NCBI GenBank assembly: GCA_965202585.1
Contig: OZ241829.1
Span: forward strand, 68,572,001-68,636,000
Direction of reading: 5' to 3'
Source of the DNA: Thalia democratica
Taxonomy: Eukaryota
DNA length: 64,000 nucleotides
In this document: positions 1 through 12,300 of the stretch, in pieces
Position numbering within the stretch: the stretch's first letter is position 1
Layout: every line of letters begins with the position of its first letter
Translations under genes and position numbers: made by a program
Notes under the pieces: generated by a model
Seen by the model: only the letters and a program-made list of their open reading frames with translations
Told to the model about the DNA's origin: nothing
Databases searched by the model: none

Positions 1-285
1 TAACGTCAAGAACCTTGAAATTCTGAGTGTAGCTTTCAGCGCGAATTGTTTTAAAAACAATAAAATACAAGCTTAAACGAGATAAATCATTTTTAAAAAC
101 TTAATACTAAGAACCTGAGAAATCTTGAAAACTTGATGGTGGCTTTCAACGCGAAGGAAGGTTGTTTTAAAAAAATTAAACATACATCTAAAATTTTAAC
201 AATATAAAACATTAAAAAATATAATGCTAAACAAACGTTAGAAACTTTGAACACTAACAGCTTTTTAATGCAAATAAAAGTTGCA
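1..285 (-). repeat. Three intronic copies of the 3' end and donor site of the BCH exon ending at 331
   Basis: 115-164 encodes QPSFALKATIKFSRFL plus AG|GT; 5-45 encodes FALKATLRISRFL plus AC|GT; ~229-285 is a decayed, AT-shifted copy. Confidence 0.85.
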
Positions 286-330
286 TTAAATCAATTAGAT
301 ATACCAAAAAAAAGTAATAACAAAACAAAC

Positions 331-3300
331 CTGAGAAATCTTGAAAACTTGATGGTTGCTTTCAACGCAAAAGACGGCTGCACGACGTAACAGCACTCCA
401 TCTTCTTCTTCAGCTCCCTAGGGATCATCTGGTGGAACTTCCTCAGGAAGTTGTTGCCGGGTATCTGGCTCCTGTACACGTTGTCGTTGAAGTACACGAT
501 GGAGAAGTTGTAATCGCCGACCAACAGTTGCGTCGTTGAGAGAAGATACCTGGAATTGTGTGTTTTCTGTTACACGAATATAGCGTCACCACGTGGTCAA
601 AATATTGAAAAAAATCTGTGTAGTTGCAGGTATTTGTAATTCTATCTCTTTACGTGATCGAAGTAACTAAAAGTTAATGTTGAAACTTTCATGTTTAGTT
701 CAGCAAGTAAACTAGCCATTTTTTTTGTTGTAAATAATTACGTGAAGTTTATATTGATAAGTATCAAGTTGAAGTAAAAGCAAACTGAAGTACAACCTAT
801 TTTAAAGCAAAAATACAAAACTTACATAAATATGTTGTCCAAAATCCAATTGTGAGCCGGGTTTGAACTGTCGGGTAGATACTGGCCAAATATTTCCACT
901 ATCGTACTTTTGTCTTTGTAAAAACCTAAAAACATAATACATGTTTATGACTTTTATTAATTTTTTAAATCCTGAAGATTGTTATTAATTAATTATCGAA
1001 ACTTTATTTACTTTGAAAAGTTAAGCTCATGTACTGTACACATTATATAAGACAATGCAGTAAAAGTATTTATACTTCATTTAATATTGTTCTTAAACAT
1101 CCATACTACTGCTAATAATAATCTTCCAAAGGTAATTTGTTTTGTTTTGAATATTATTATTTAATACCTTTACACACCAAAGTGTTTGCTTAACCACAAA
1201 ACAGTTTTTATAAAGGTTTAGTTTCATGATCGTTTTGTATTTTATGTGTATAAGATAATTGCAACAAATTTTTTTTTGAAAAAGTTCTACGATCAGAATT
1301 TTTTTTTTTAACGTTGTAAGTACTAGCTAAAACAAAAGTAGAAAACACTAATTGGTTTACTGTTGTACATAAGCTACTAAATGTTGCAGCTTAATTTTTA
1401 TAAACATCATTAAATACAGTTAGTTTTTGCTTTAGCATGCTAAAATGAACATAATTCAAAAGTGCGTACTCAAGGAATGCTGATTAAAATTTAAGTGAAA
1501 CCAATTAGAAACAAACATAACTTAAAATAGAAATACAATGATTACGGCTCAGCAATAACTAAATAACTCGTCCCAAAAAAGCGTGTTCAAGGAGATCTGA
1601 TTAAACTCCATTTCGAACACAATTTTTTTGTCCCAAAAGTAAATAAGGAGTTACTTACTTAACAAAAATATTATCAAAACCTAAAAAAAAAAAGTACTTA
1701 ACAACGAACCCCCGTGACATATGATCTTCTTGTAAGGTTGGAGACAAGTTCCGTCCACCTTGTAAACCTCCTTATTGACCACAACCTCCTCCCACCCTAC
1801 AGTGGAAATGTCAACACTGGGTGGCGGTGTCAGCAGCTCCTCGTACTTGCTTTTCATGGTGAAACCGGTTTCAACCACGGTGATTTCCCCGATTTCATCC
1901 GTTGTTAAGTCCGGTGCTGTGTCTATATTGTTAATAAATTATGTAAGTAATAATATCTCTTTTTTTAACAAACTTTTTTTATTTTACAAACTTCTGATCA
2001 TTTTTTTTTACCTGCTTGATTTTGTGCTTGTTGATACAATAAAATCATTTGCGTTAAATTAAATAATTAAAGTAATATGTTTGTTTTAAAGTTTGGAAAA
2101 TCTTTTGTTGAAAAATAATGTATACTAAAGACATATTGCATACTTCAAACAATTTTTTAGCTATTTTGTTAAGTTTTTATATGCATTGTATTTAAAATAA
2201 TAAAACCAATACGACGGATCAGTTTTCTAATCAAGCTTAACTTAAACACTCGACTTCTTTTTTCAAGACTTAGTTATTAGTATACCACTTTTATTAGTAA
2301 AGGTTATAGTTTAAACACTTTTAGCAAAGATTCTTTTTTCAAGACTTAGTTATTAGTATACCACTTTTATTAGTAAAGGTTATAGTTTAAACACTTTTAG
2401 CAAAGATAGTAACTATTATTTTCAAACTTATACTTGACCATTGGTTTGAGACCAAGAAACTTGCTTATGAATATTTCATTTATATAGTTTCAAACAAAAA
2501 CAAAACCTCTTTGATTACTTCCTTGTTCTTTTTTATCTTTTTCTTCTTCTGAACTAGTAGCTGTTTCTCCTATTGTAACTGTTTGTTCTTCTGTAAAAAT
2601 AACTAAGTAAAAGTAGTTGTTTAAACAAATTTAGTAGTTTTTCTTAAATTTTTACTGTTTTTAACACGATAAAATCGTGCATTTAAAAAGTTTTTAGTCG
2701 ACGAAAGTAACAATGAATTACTACTCATTTTTTGCTTGAGTAGTTTAACGTGTACTGAAAATCTTAGTTAAGTTACTTTAAATAATTTAATATACAAACT
2801 TATTACCGTTTAGTTTTATCTTATGCTTTTAGACCGTAATTTCTACTTTATTTAAAAGTCAAGTAACTGTTATTTATTATTTATACAAGTATCTAAAAGT
2901 TAATAAAAAGGTCACAACAAAATATTTTCTCCTTCCTATTGTTCGACATACAAAGAACTACAAAAACTTTCAATATATGTATAAAGCCGTTTAGTTTATT
3001 TTTATGTTTTCATAAAGTTGTATTGTGTTTAAAAAAATTCAAATAACTGTAATAAATAAGTTATGCAAGTACTTAAGATTTAAAAATAAAAACATTTATC
3101 TCTTCAAACCATTTTCTCCCTCCTCTTCTTGTACACTTGGTGGCGCGTTTACGTCATCGAGCGCAACGGTGAGCAACAGCGCCGTTGGTGGCGATAGTGA
3201 TTTTCTCTTCTTCTGCAAAGTTCCCTCCTTCATCATCTGGTCCTCGTCTTCGTTAGAGAGCGGGATCAGCAACCCCGTTCCGTCTGAGTGATTTTTAAAG

Positions 3301-6300
3301 AGTAATAAAATATATGTTAAAATATTTGACCATCTAAATTTACAAAATCGTCTCCCAAGTTTCTACATTTTACTGGTTATTGCCACTTGCTAAAACACCC
3401 CTAAAGGGGGGCGATACTGCATATTTAGGAAACCCTGTTTTACATACTTTTACTGCTTTACTAAAAATAAAAGATGGTGAAAAGATGCCGACGAAATATA
3501 ATAGTAAAGTCAGCAAAATAAGAAAGTTGTTTGATTGAGCTATCATACTCCCTAAATGAACTGGAGAACATTATTGTTTAAAAAAATAGAGCTTATTTTT
3601 ACTTTTTTGTCAGCGTAAAATGTATTCAATGAATTAACCTACACACACAATTTAGAAACCAAAATCAAAAGTAGAATTTAAACTTTGATTGAAGTAACTT
3701 CAAATACTGTATAAATCTTATCTTTCCCTAGATAATTATCTTATTAATACAAACCTGGTTTTTCATCATGTTGTTTTTCACTTTCACTTTCCTCGTCTGA
3801 AGAGGTCAAAAGTTCAATACTTCCGGTCGTATCGTATCTTTTCCTGAAACATTTAAATTGATGTATTGTAAAGTTTTAAATTCATATTAAAAAGTATTTA
3901 GTCTCTAAAATTGTATCTAACTATACTTCTGATTTATATCAAAAGTTGTAAGTAATGCGTTTTAATAGCTAATTGTTTTGAGACTTAGTTATGTAAGAAA
4001 ACTGATAAAGTAGTATTAAATTGTATTTTAACCTGGAAGTCGATTGCTCGATGTTTTCAGATTCCTTATTGAAATCATCGATAGTTACTCTTCTCTTTAG
4101 TGAGCCATTAGCTAAAATACAAATAAATAAAGAACTTCAATTTTTTCTTTCTTAACACAAAATGTTGTTAAGATTTTAAGATAAACATACTTTTAATGTT
4201 TTCATCATTATCACTTTTTTCTAGCGTTTTTTTCGTTTCGCTTTGTTGGTTTTCTGTATTCTGTTGTTTGATCAAGCAAATTTAAAACAAACAGTTTTGT
4301 TCTGGTAAGTTTACATTATGACGTGAACTTTGTTTGAAATAAGATAATTTTGTTGCAGTACTAAAAAGTTTAAATTTAAACTTTATGTTGAAGGTTAGTT
4401 ATACATTCGACATATATTCAAAACCAAAGTCTTAAAAAGTTAAAATAATAATAGAAAATAGTTTCAGTTTAACTTTAGATACCAATAAAAATTATCCTAA
4501 ATGAAAGAATTAACACTTATTAGTCGTTTCAAAAAACAGTTTTTGGCAACCTTTAGGGAAATAAAATTTAAAAATACCAGTAAGTTGTATAAACATTAAT
4601 TTATCAAATCAAAACTACAAATTTAGTTTTGAAATTATTGACACCGTTTAAAAGCGTGATTTTAAGCACACGTAATTATTAACACATTCACAAAAGTACT
4701 TGATAATTTTGAGTGCCTCCATTCACGTTTTCGTTGTTTTCTTTCGCACTGGCGCGCCTCTCTGTGTGTATTCGTACAATTACAAGTACGTTAAAAATTA
4801 TTATTTTACAATAAAAACTACCTTCGATTGCCTTGTGATCAATTTCAGCTGCATTGTGGCTGTGTTCAATCTGGAAAAAAATAATAATCACGTATGATTT
4901 TTTTCATGGTTGTTAACAGAAAAATTTTGAAGCACTTAGAAAATGATAACATTTAAACGTAAAGTTTATTTTAAAAATTTCTTTAAAACCTTTATCCTGT
5001 ATAAAAAAAAAGCTGCATATTAGTTTCACAGTAAAAAAATGATAGTTTTGTAATAGTTTAAATTACTTTTTACTTTCGAACATAATATTACCTCGGTTTC
5101 GAGTTTGTTCTCTTTAGAAGCTTTGTTCAAATCGTCCAACAATGTATCAATAATTCCTTCATTTAAACTTTCTGCTTCTATGCTGGTTTTCGCTGCCTCA
5201 TCGGCAGAATGCAACTCATCTTCAATCGTTTTTGTTTGCTCTATACTTTCAACAAGTGTCTGTTCATTTTCTTCAAGTTCGTTAATACTTTCACTGTTCG
5301 AAACATTTTTTTGCTCGTTCAAAGCGTTGCTTATTATGTCGTTGGCTAAATAGTCGAAAATGTTTTCATTTTCCGCTTCAACTGGTTTTTGGTTTAGGAT
5401 GTTTTCGTAATGTAAGTTTTCAGATTCAGAAACAGAGTCGAAAATGTTGTCAGAGTTGATTAACGCCGGCTCAAAAATATCTTCTTGTTCAGAAGAAAGT
5501 GTTTTTGACACACCTATTGCAGAGGCAACAACTTCAATACTTTTTTCACTATTATGTAAAGAACTTGTTTCTTTTACATCATCAAAATTATCCAATTTAT
5601 CAACATTGCGACTATTTTGGTTCGTATCTAAATCGAAAATATTTTCTTGATGTTCTAATAAACTGCTACTATTAGCTTTATCATCACAAACTGTTTGTAT
5701 ATCATTAAAAGTTTCAAGTATAACGCTGTCGTTGGTATCATCAAAATTTTGAATGTTTGTTTTGTTTTCAATATCAAGTGTGTTTTCAGCGGTCAAAACA
5801 CCATCAGGTTCTACTAAGTTGTCAAATATACTTTCAGCAACATCAGTTTTTTCCTCTTGTGTTTGTTGAGTTTCTAATACATTTTCGTTCAAGTTGTCAA
5901 ATATGTTTACATCAGCATTTATTTCTTCGGCTTGTGCTTGTTTAGTTTCTGATACAAAAGCATCTAAATTTTCTGAACTGTTATCAAACAATTGTTGGTT
6001 TTCTATACTCCTATTAAAAGCGTCAGGAGATACTGTGACAATCTCTGTCGCTGTTATATTTTCGGCAGGACTGATTTCTTCGACTAGTGTTTGTTTACTC
6101 TCTGACTTAACTTCAATTAAGTTCAATGAACTATCATCAATTATTTGCTTGTTTTCTACATTCTTAATGTCAGTGTTACGCTCTGTTGCTTTTGTTTCAA
6201 ACAAGTCTAAACTATCTTCATTAATTGCAACATTATCACTGCCTGTACTTTCTGTTAAGTAAACTTCGGTTGCTTCGCTTTCAAAAATGTTCTGTGTATT

Positions 6301-9300
6301 CTGAACGTCAATCGTTTCCACTGTTTCGTTTGTCTCGTTAATATTTAAATTATCATGTTCAACCTGAGTCTCTATATTTTTATCACTGTTAATATTTTGC
6401 TGCGTATCTATTTCTATTTTACCTTCTTCAGTTTCCAATAAGTTGCTGTTAAATGGAGTATCGTTTTTGTCTATGTCATCAAAAATATGAATACTTTGTT
6501 CAATGTTTTCATTCTCAGGTACATTTTCAAAATCAACAGGATTTTCAAAAGCATTTTCAAATAAACTTTCTGATGCTTTATCGTTCGTGCCAGATAAGTT
6601 TTCACCAAACAAAATATTGTTTTCTACTACTTTATCTACAGAAACGGTAGAAACGTTGTTATCAGCAGGCAGTTTAGGTTGTATCAATTTAGTATCAACT
6701 TCAGCTGGCTCAATATCTACAGAAATGATGTCTTCTTTTTTGTAAACATTATTTGCCTCATCTTCAAAAATGTTTTCAATGTTACCAGCAGCAAATTCAA
6801 CTTTGCTTTCATCTATACTGTTGTCTGAATGCTTTTCTTCAAAAGCAAAATTTTCATCTGATAAATTACGATCACTTTTATTCAAATCCGGCCCTTCTAT
6901 CAACGAACCACTATCAAATATGTTTTCCGTCTTCTCGATACCAAAAGTTTCTTTTGTTTCATCTATTTCAAATGTGTGGTCAGTTTTTGGACAGGTACTA
7001 TAATCTTCATTGTGTGATACTCCAATGTTAGTGTCCACTTCATTTTCATTCAAAGAACTACCCAGAGTCGCTTGATTACAGTCATCAGTTTTTAGGTTTT
7101 CTGTGTCAATTTTATTAGTTTTTTCACCAGTTTCATACGTGTAAAGGTTTTCTCCTGTCATTTTATCTGGTGACTGTTCTACTTTTAATGCAGATGTCTC
7201 TTCATCACTGCTTGAAATAATAGCTTCTTGTGATTCGTTGTTTAACTTACTCTTCACAACTTCATCACTTGTTGAAAGATCTGAAACAAGTTGACCTTGA
7301 TGAAGTGTTGCCTTTTCACTGCTGTTCAAGACGTCAGATTCAACTAAAGCATCCGTATTAAAAACATCAGCAACATAATCAATGTTGTTGTAGTTTTCTA
7401 ACAAATTGTTGTTGCCATGTTGTGCAAAGTTTTTTGTAAGAGTTTGTGGTACAATTTCTCCTGACGTTTCGTTACCAAAGTTCTGACTGATCAAACTATC
7501 GTGTTTAGTTGAACTTTCAAAGATATTTTCTTGAACCTCTAAGCTTCTAGAATTCACTTCAAGCTTTAAACTATCCTTGACATTAATTCTTTCTGAGTCA
7601 GACTTATTTTCCAAGTCGTTCTCTGTATATTTTGGCAGAACCTCAATATTGTCTTCGTCTTCATCACTGAGGTGTTCTTCCCGCTCAGACATGACGTCAT
7701 AATCGTTGTGTGACGTCATAGGGGTGTTGGAAGGTGTGGCGGGGTTCTTGTTGCCCGAGTTCAAGATGTTGTCGTCATGGAGACGGGAAATCAGGTCGTG
7801 CTCCGAACTCGATATTTCATGGATCCTTAGCTCCTTTGAATCCAAAATCATATGATCCTGATTATCAGAGTCAGACTTATTGAGTTGTTGATTATTTACC
7901 TCAATTGTATGGTCAACCAGCTCGATTGACGCCGAATCGCTGCTGCCAGACGTGACAGAACTTGCCGAACTACATTGATCTGATTGATTAGTTGTGTTCT
8001 GTACGGTGTCGAACAAGTTCGTGTTTTCAATTTCAACCACTGCGACTTCCCCTGTGGTTTGAAACTCATCACTCGTTTTATTTTCAGCGTTGAAAGCGTC
8101 TAAGCTGGGGGGAACTGCAGCAGTTAGTTGGTTGTTCTGGGTATCAAAAATAAAGTCACTGTTTGTGTTTTGCGCTAAGTTTGTACCAGCAGACTTGTTT
8201 TCATTGGCAAAAGAAAGAGTTTCTTTTTCACTTTCATCAGTATCTGTCATATCAAAAATATTTTCTGCAGGTTGTGATTTTTGGTTTGAAAATATGCCTA
8301 CTGCCGTAGATGAGCTATCTTCTTTTGTAAATAAGTTGTCATTGCTAGTTGGTTCAGAAGTAGTTTTTTGGCCAAATAAAACTTCATTGTTGTATGTAGT
8401 GTCATCTTGCAAAGATAATCCAGCAATTTCCTGCTGAAAACCTACATCCTGCATGAACCTGTCTTGAGTTTCTGTTATGTTTGAGTTTGTATCAATAATT
8501 GAAGTTTGAATGTTTTTTTCGCTAAAGCTCAAATCAGTTGCGACTTGTGTTTCGCTTCGATTATTTTCCATTGTAACTGTATGATTAGCTGTGAATAAAT
8601 CATTGGTAAAATCAGTTTTATTTTCATCACTAGTCAGACTTTCATCAATATTTTTCATTTCAACTAAATCGTTATCTACTATAGTATTTCTGTTATTTGC
8701 TGTAAATATATCATTTGCAAAATCAGTAGTATTTTCTTCACTAGTCTTATTTTCTGTTTTCATTTGCATTTCAGCTAAGTCGTTAATTTCTAAGCTCTCT
8801 TCTACAAGTTGCCTTTCTAAATAAACACTCTTATCGTCAGTATTGTGATTATTCGTCATTGTACTCGTGCTACCCGAAAGCTCGTTATTAAAAACATTGT
8901 TCTGACCTGTGATTGCTTTATTAGGCTGCAAGTCATCTTTGAAACTATCAGCAGCAAACGCATCTTTTCCTTCGATTTCAGTTGATTTTTCTATATTGTC
9001 TTTTGTATCGCTTGCAATCTGTGACGAGCTGATAAACCTGTCAGTATCGAACGAGTTTTCAGTATGAGAAGTTTTCATTGGCTCGCTCTTATTTGTAAAG
9101 ATACTTGTATTCATTTCAAGTTGGAACTCATTGCTTTCTTCTTTTGTTTCAATTCTTTCGTTTGCATTTAATTCAAACGCATCAAAAATAGAGCTTTCTT
9201 TCGTACTGTCAACGTTTTCTTTTAGACCGAAGACTGCAACCTGTGACGCATCTCTACTTGAGATTAGCAAGTTGTCTTCTTCCGCAAAGTTTTGAACGTT

Positions 9301-12300
9301 GGTTCCGCTTTCATTTGAGAAAATATTTGTACTGGCTTCATTGGAGGACTCAATACTGTTGTTAAACAAGTTTTCATTTTCTGCTTGATCTTTGTGTGTA
9401 CTTTGGTTAAATTGGTTTTGATCAGTTGCATTTGTAGTAACTTCGTTTTCTTTTAACTTGGAAGTTGTTAAAACTGCACTTACATTGCTTGTTTCTGCGT
9501 TAAAATCAGTTTCGTTCAACTCACTTCCAGCAAAATTGTTTTCTGTAATAACTTCTGAATACATATCAACTTTTTTATAACTTTCTGAAGCTAGATTCTG
9601 GCTTAAACAACTATCATCATTAACTTTGTTTTCAATACTTAAAGCAAATTGATTTGTGTTTATTTCTTTATTTTTTGGCATAAAATCATCAAAAATATTT
9701 ACATCTTCATTTAAGTTTTCTCTAGCTTCGTTTTGCAAATTTTGGAAAAGATTTACTTTTGATTCTTCTTCTGATATATTAAAACTTTCCTTTTCACCAT
9801 CGTCTACGGAGTTGAAATCATCGAATTTGTTTTCTTCATTTAACTCTTTATTAATATAGTCTAAATTAGTCGTGACGTTGTCATTGACATTTTGGTTCAA
9901 AGAATCAAAGCTTAACTCGTTATCTTCGTATTCTGACAAAATTTTAGTTTGCTTTTCAGAATTCTCAGGGTCATTAACATCATGTGACTCGTTTGAACTG
10001 TCTTCAAACGTATTTTCAGTTGTTAGTAATTTTTCATCATTGTTATATTGCATTTTGTTCAAGTTTTTGTTGCTTGTTTCAGGAACTTTATCTTCAGTGT
10101 TCATTTTAACTTCATCATCAAAACCATCTGAAACTTCACCTTCAAGATAACTTTCTCGTAGGTCTTCCTTGTCTTCTAATTGACCGCCTACAATACTCGT
10201 TTCTGTATAAATGTGTGTTACTTCATTGTAGGTTTTCACTTCAGTTTCAACTTCTTCTCCAAAATCTTCTTCAGTTAAATTTTCTTGTGAAACGTCTTTA
10301 ACTGTTTCGAACTCATTATGACTCTCTTTCACGTCAGAAGGACTAACGATGTCAAGATACTCTTTGTAGTCGTTGAAATACTTTTCTGTCTCGCTTTCGA
10401 CAACATCGTTTTCTGCTTGAACTTTTTCTTCATCTGTAGTTTCTGCTACATCATCATCTTCTTCCGCAGAATCTTGATCTCCTAAATCGCTTCCATCGCC
10501 GTCTTCTTCATTGCCACTTCCTGCTACATCTTTGATTTCATCACTGACTTCTCCACTCTCTTCTTCACCTTCATCTTCTACTCCTTCTTCTTCCTCTTCT
10601 TCTTCCCCGACTTCCTCGCTTATGTCGTTCTCGTCCTCCTCGGCGATCATCGGCAGCGTGTTTATCCGCACGTGGGCGCCATCGTGGGCGCCGTTCTCCC
10701 CACCGACCTGCTCCCAGTCGTTGTAGTCGTCGTACGACATGTATTGAGAACTTCCAACCATGCGACTGTCTGTGACGTCATCGTATCGGGGGTTCTCCGT
10801 GACGTCACTGACCCTGAGCTGGTTGCTGTACTGTTGCGCTTGCTCCTGAGGAATGTTGAAGCTCGCGTCGGGGCTCAGGACTCCGTCGGAGTACGAGTCA
10901 GAGTCGGATCCAAAATAAACTGTGCTTTGCAGGACGTCGCCTCTGAAATTATTCGTTATAATGCTTTAAACAAACAAAATAACTTGTAAAATATTAAATT
11001 TTTGTGAAAAATGTAAGTTTTTCAGTATTTGTTTAAAAAAAAACTTAGTTCGAAAAACTAATGTTATTTGGTTGACACACTTTCGCTTGTGCTGGGTAAG
11101 TATTTGGTTTTTAATGAATGTCTGTTAAGTACGTCGTTACAAAATAAGAAGGAAAAACGTTGAGAGGTTTGTCAAAAAATAACTTTTGATTAAAGTTTTT
11201 CTAAGTTTCAAAAACTTATGTAGCATTTTTTGAACAACGATTTTAGTTAAACTTTCAGACTTTTAAAACATTTATATATTTGATATTGTCTTACTATTAT
11301 TAAACTATATTACGCTTAAAGCTTAAAATTTTTTATTTCACTTTGTTAAGCTTAAATTCATTTTCAGAACACTACTATCTTAAAATGTACATTTAATGAT
11401 TTAATTTTTTAATTAACAAAAACTTTAAATAAACTACAAAACTATTTTTTTTTAAGTTTTAAGTATCCTTTATCGCAAAATTTAATATTAAAACAAAATT
11501 TTCTTTACATGAGAAGACTTAATATTTCAAACTAAACCATACCTGCTAGATCTGGTTGGTTTTTGTTCGGGGACTTTCCCAACGTAGAAACTGTCTTCGA
11601 ACTCCATCGACACGGGGCTGACGTTCCTCGAAGACTTTTCGTTGGCGTCTTCCGATTCGTCTCCCGACTGCTTGCCGTAGCACGATTCGTCCAAAATCAG
11701 GTTCGAAGCTTCCGTTCCGGTTTCTGATTGGCTTGATTCTTCTGCAACAACTTCTTGTTCGTCAGATGTTACATAGTCGGTTTGATTTGGGATTTGTTTG
11801 TTTTCGAAACTGTCTGCCTCTTCTTTGAGATCTCTTACATTGCTTTCACATTCTTCAGGCATATCCTTACTGAGTATGCTCTGATCAAGAGAGTCTTCTA
11901 AGTTTGAAGAGGATAAAGTTTCGTTTAAATTGTTAGCTTCAACATTACTATCGACGTTTAAAAAGTTCTCAAAGTTGCTATTTATTAAAGTTGAACTGCT
12001 TTCAGTAATTTTATTGTTTATAACCTCTCGGGTTTGATGTTCTAAAGTTGAGTTTTCAAGTAAAATATATTCAGATGATTTATCACCACTTGCAGGATTA
12101 TCTTCAAAGCTACTTTCTAGAGTTTGCTCTAGAATATTATCAAACTGGTTCGAATAATTTTCGAGTTGTTCAATTTTTGGGCTATGAGTATTTTCTGATT
12201 CACCTTGTTCTGCTTCTCTTGCTTCAGAATTGTCTTCTTCAATCTGTATTCCCGTATCAGACTGGTTCAAAATATTTTCAGCGGTGCCCAAACCTAGTAC

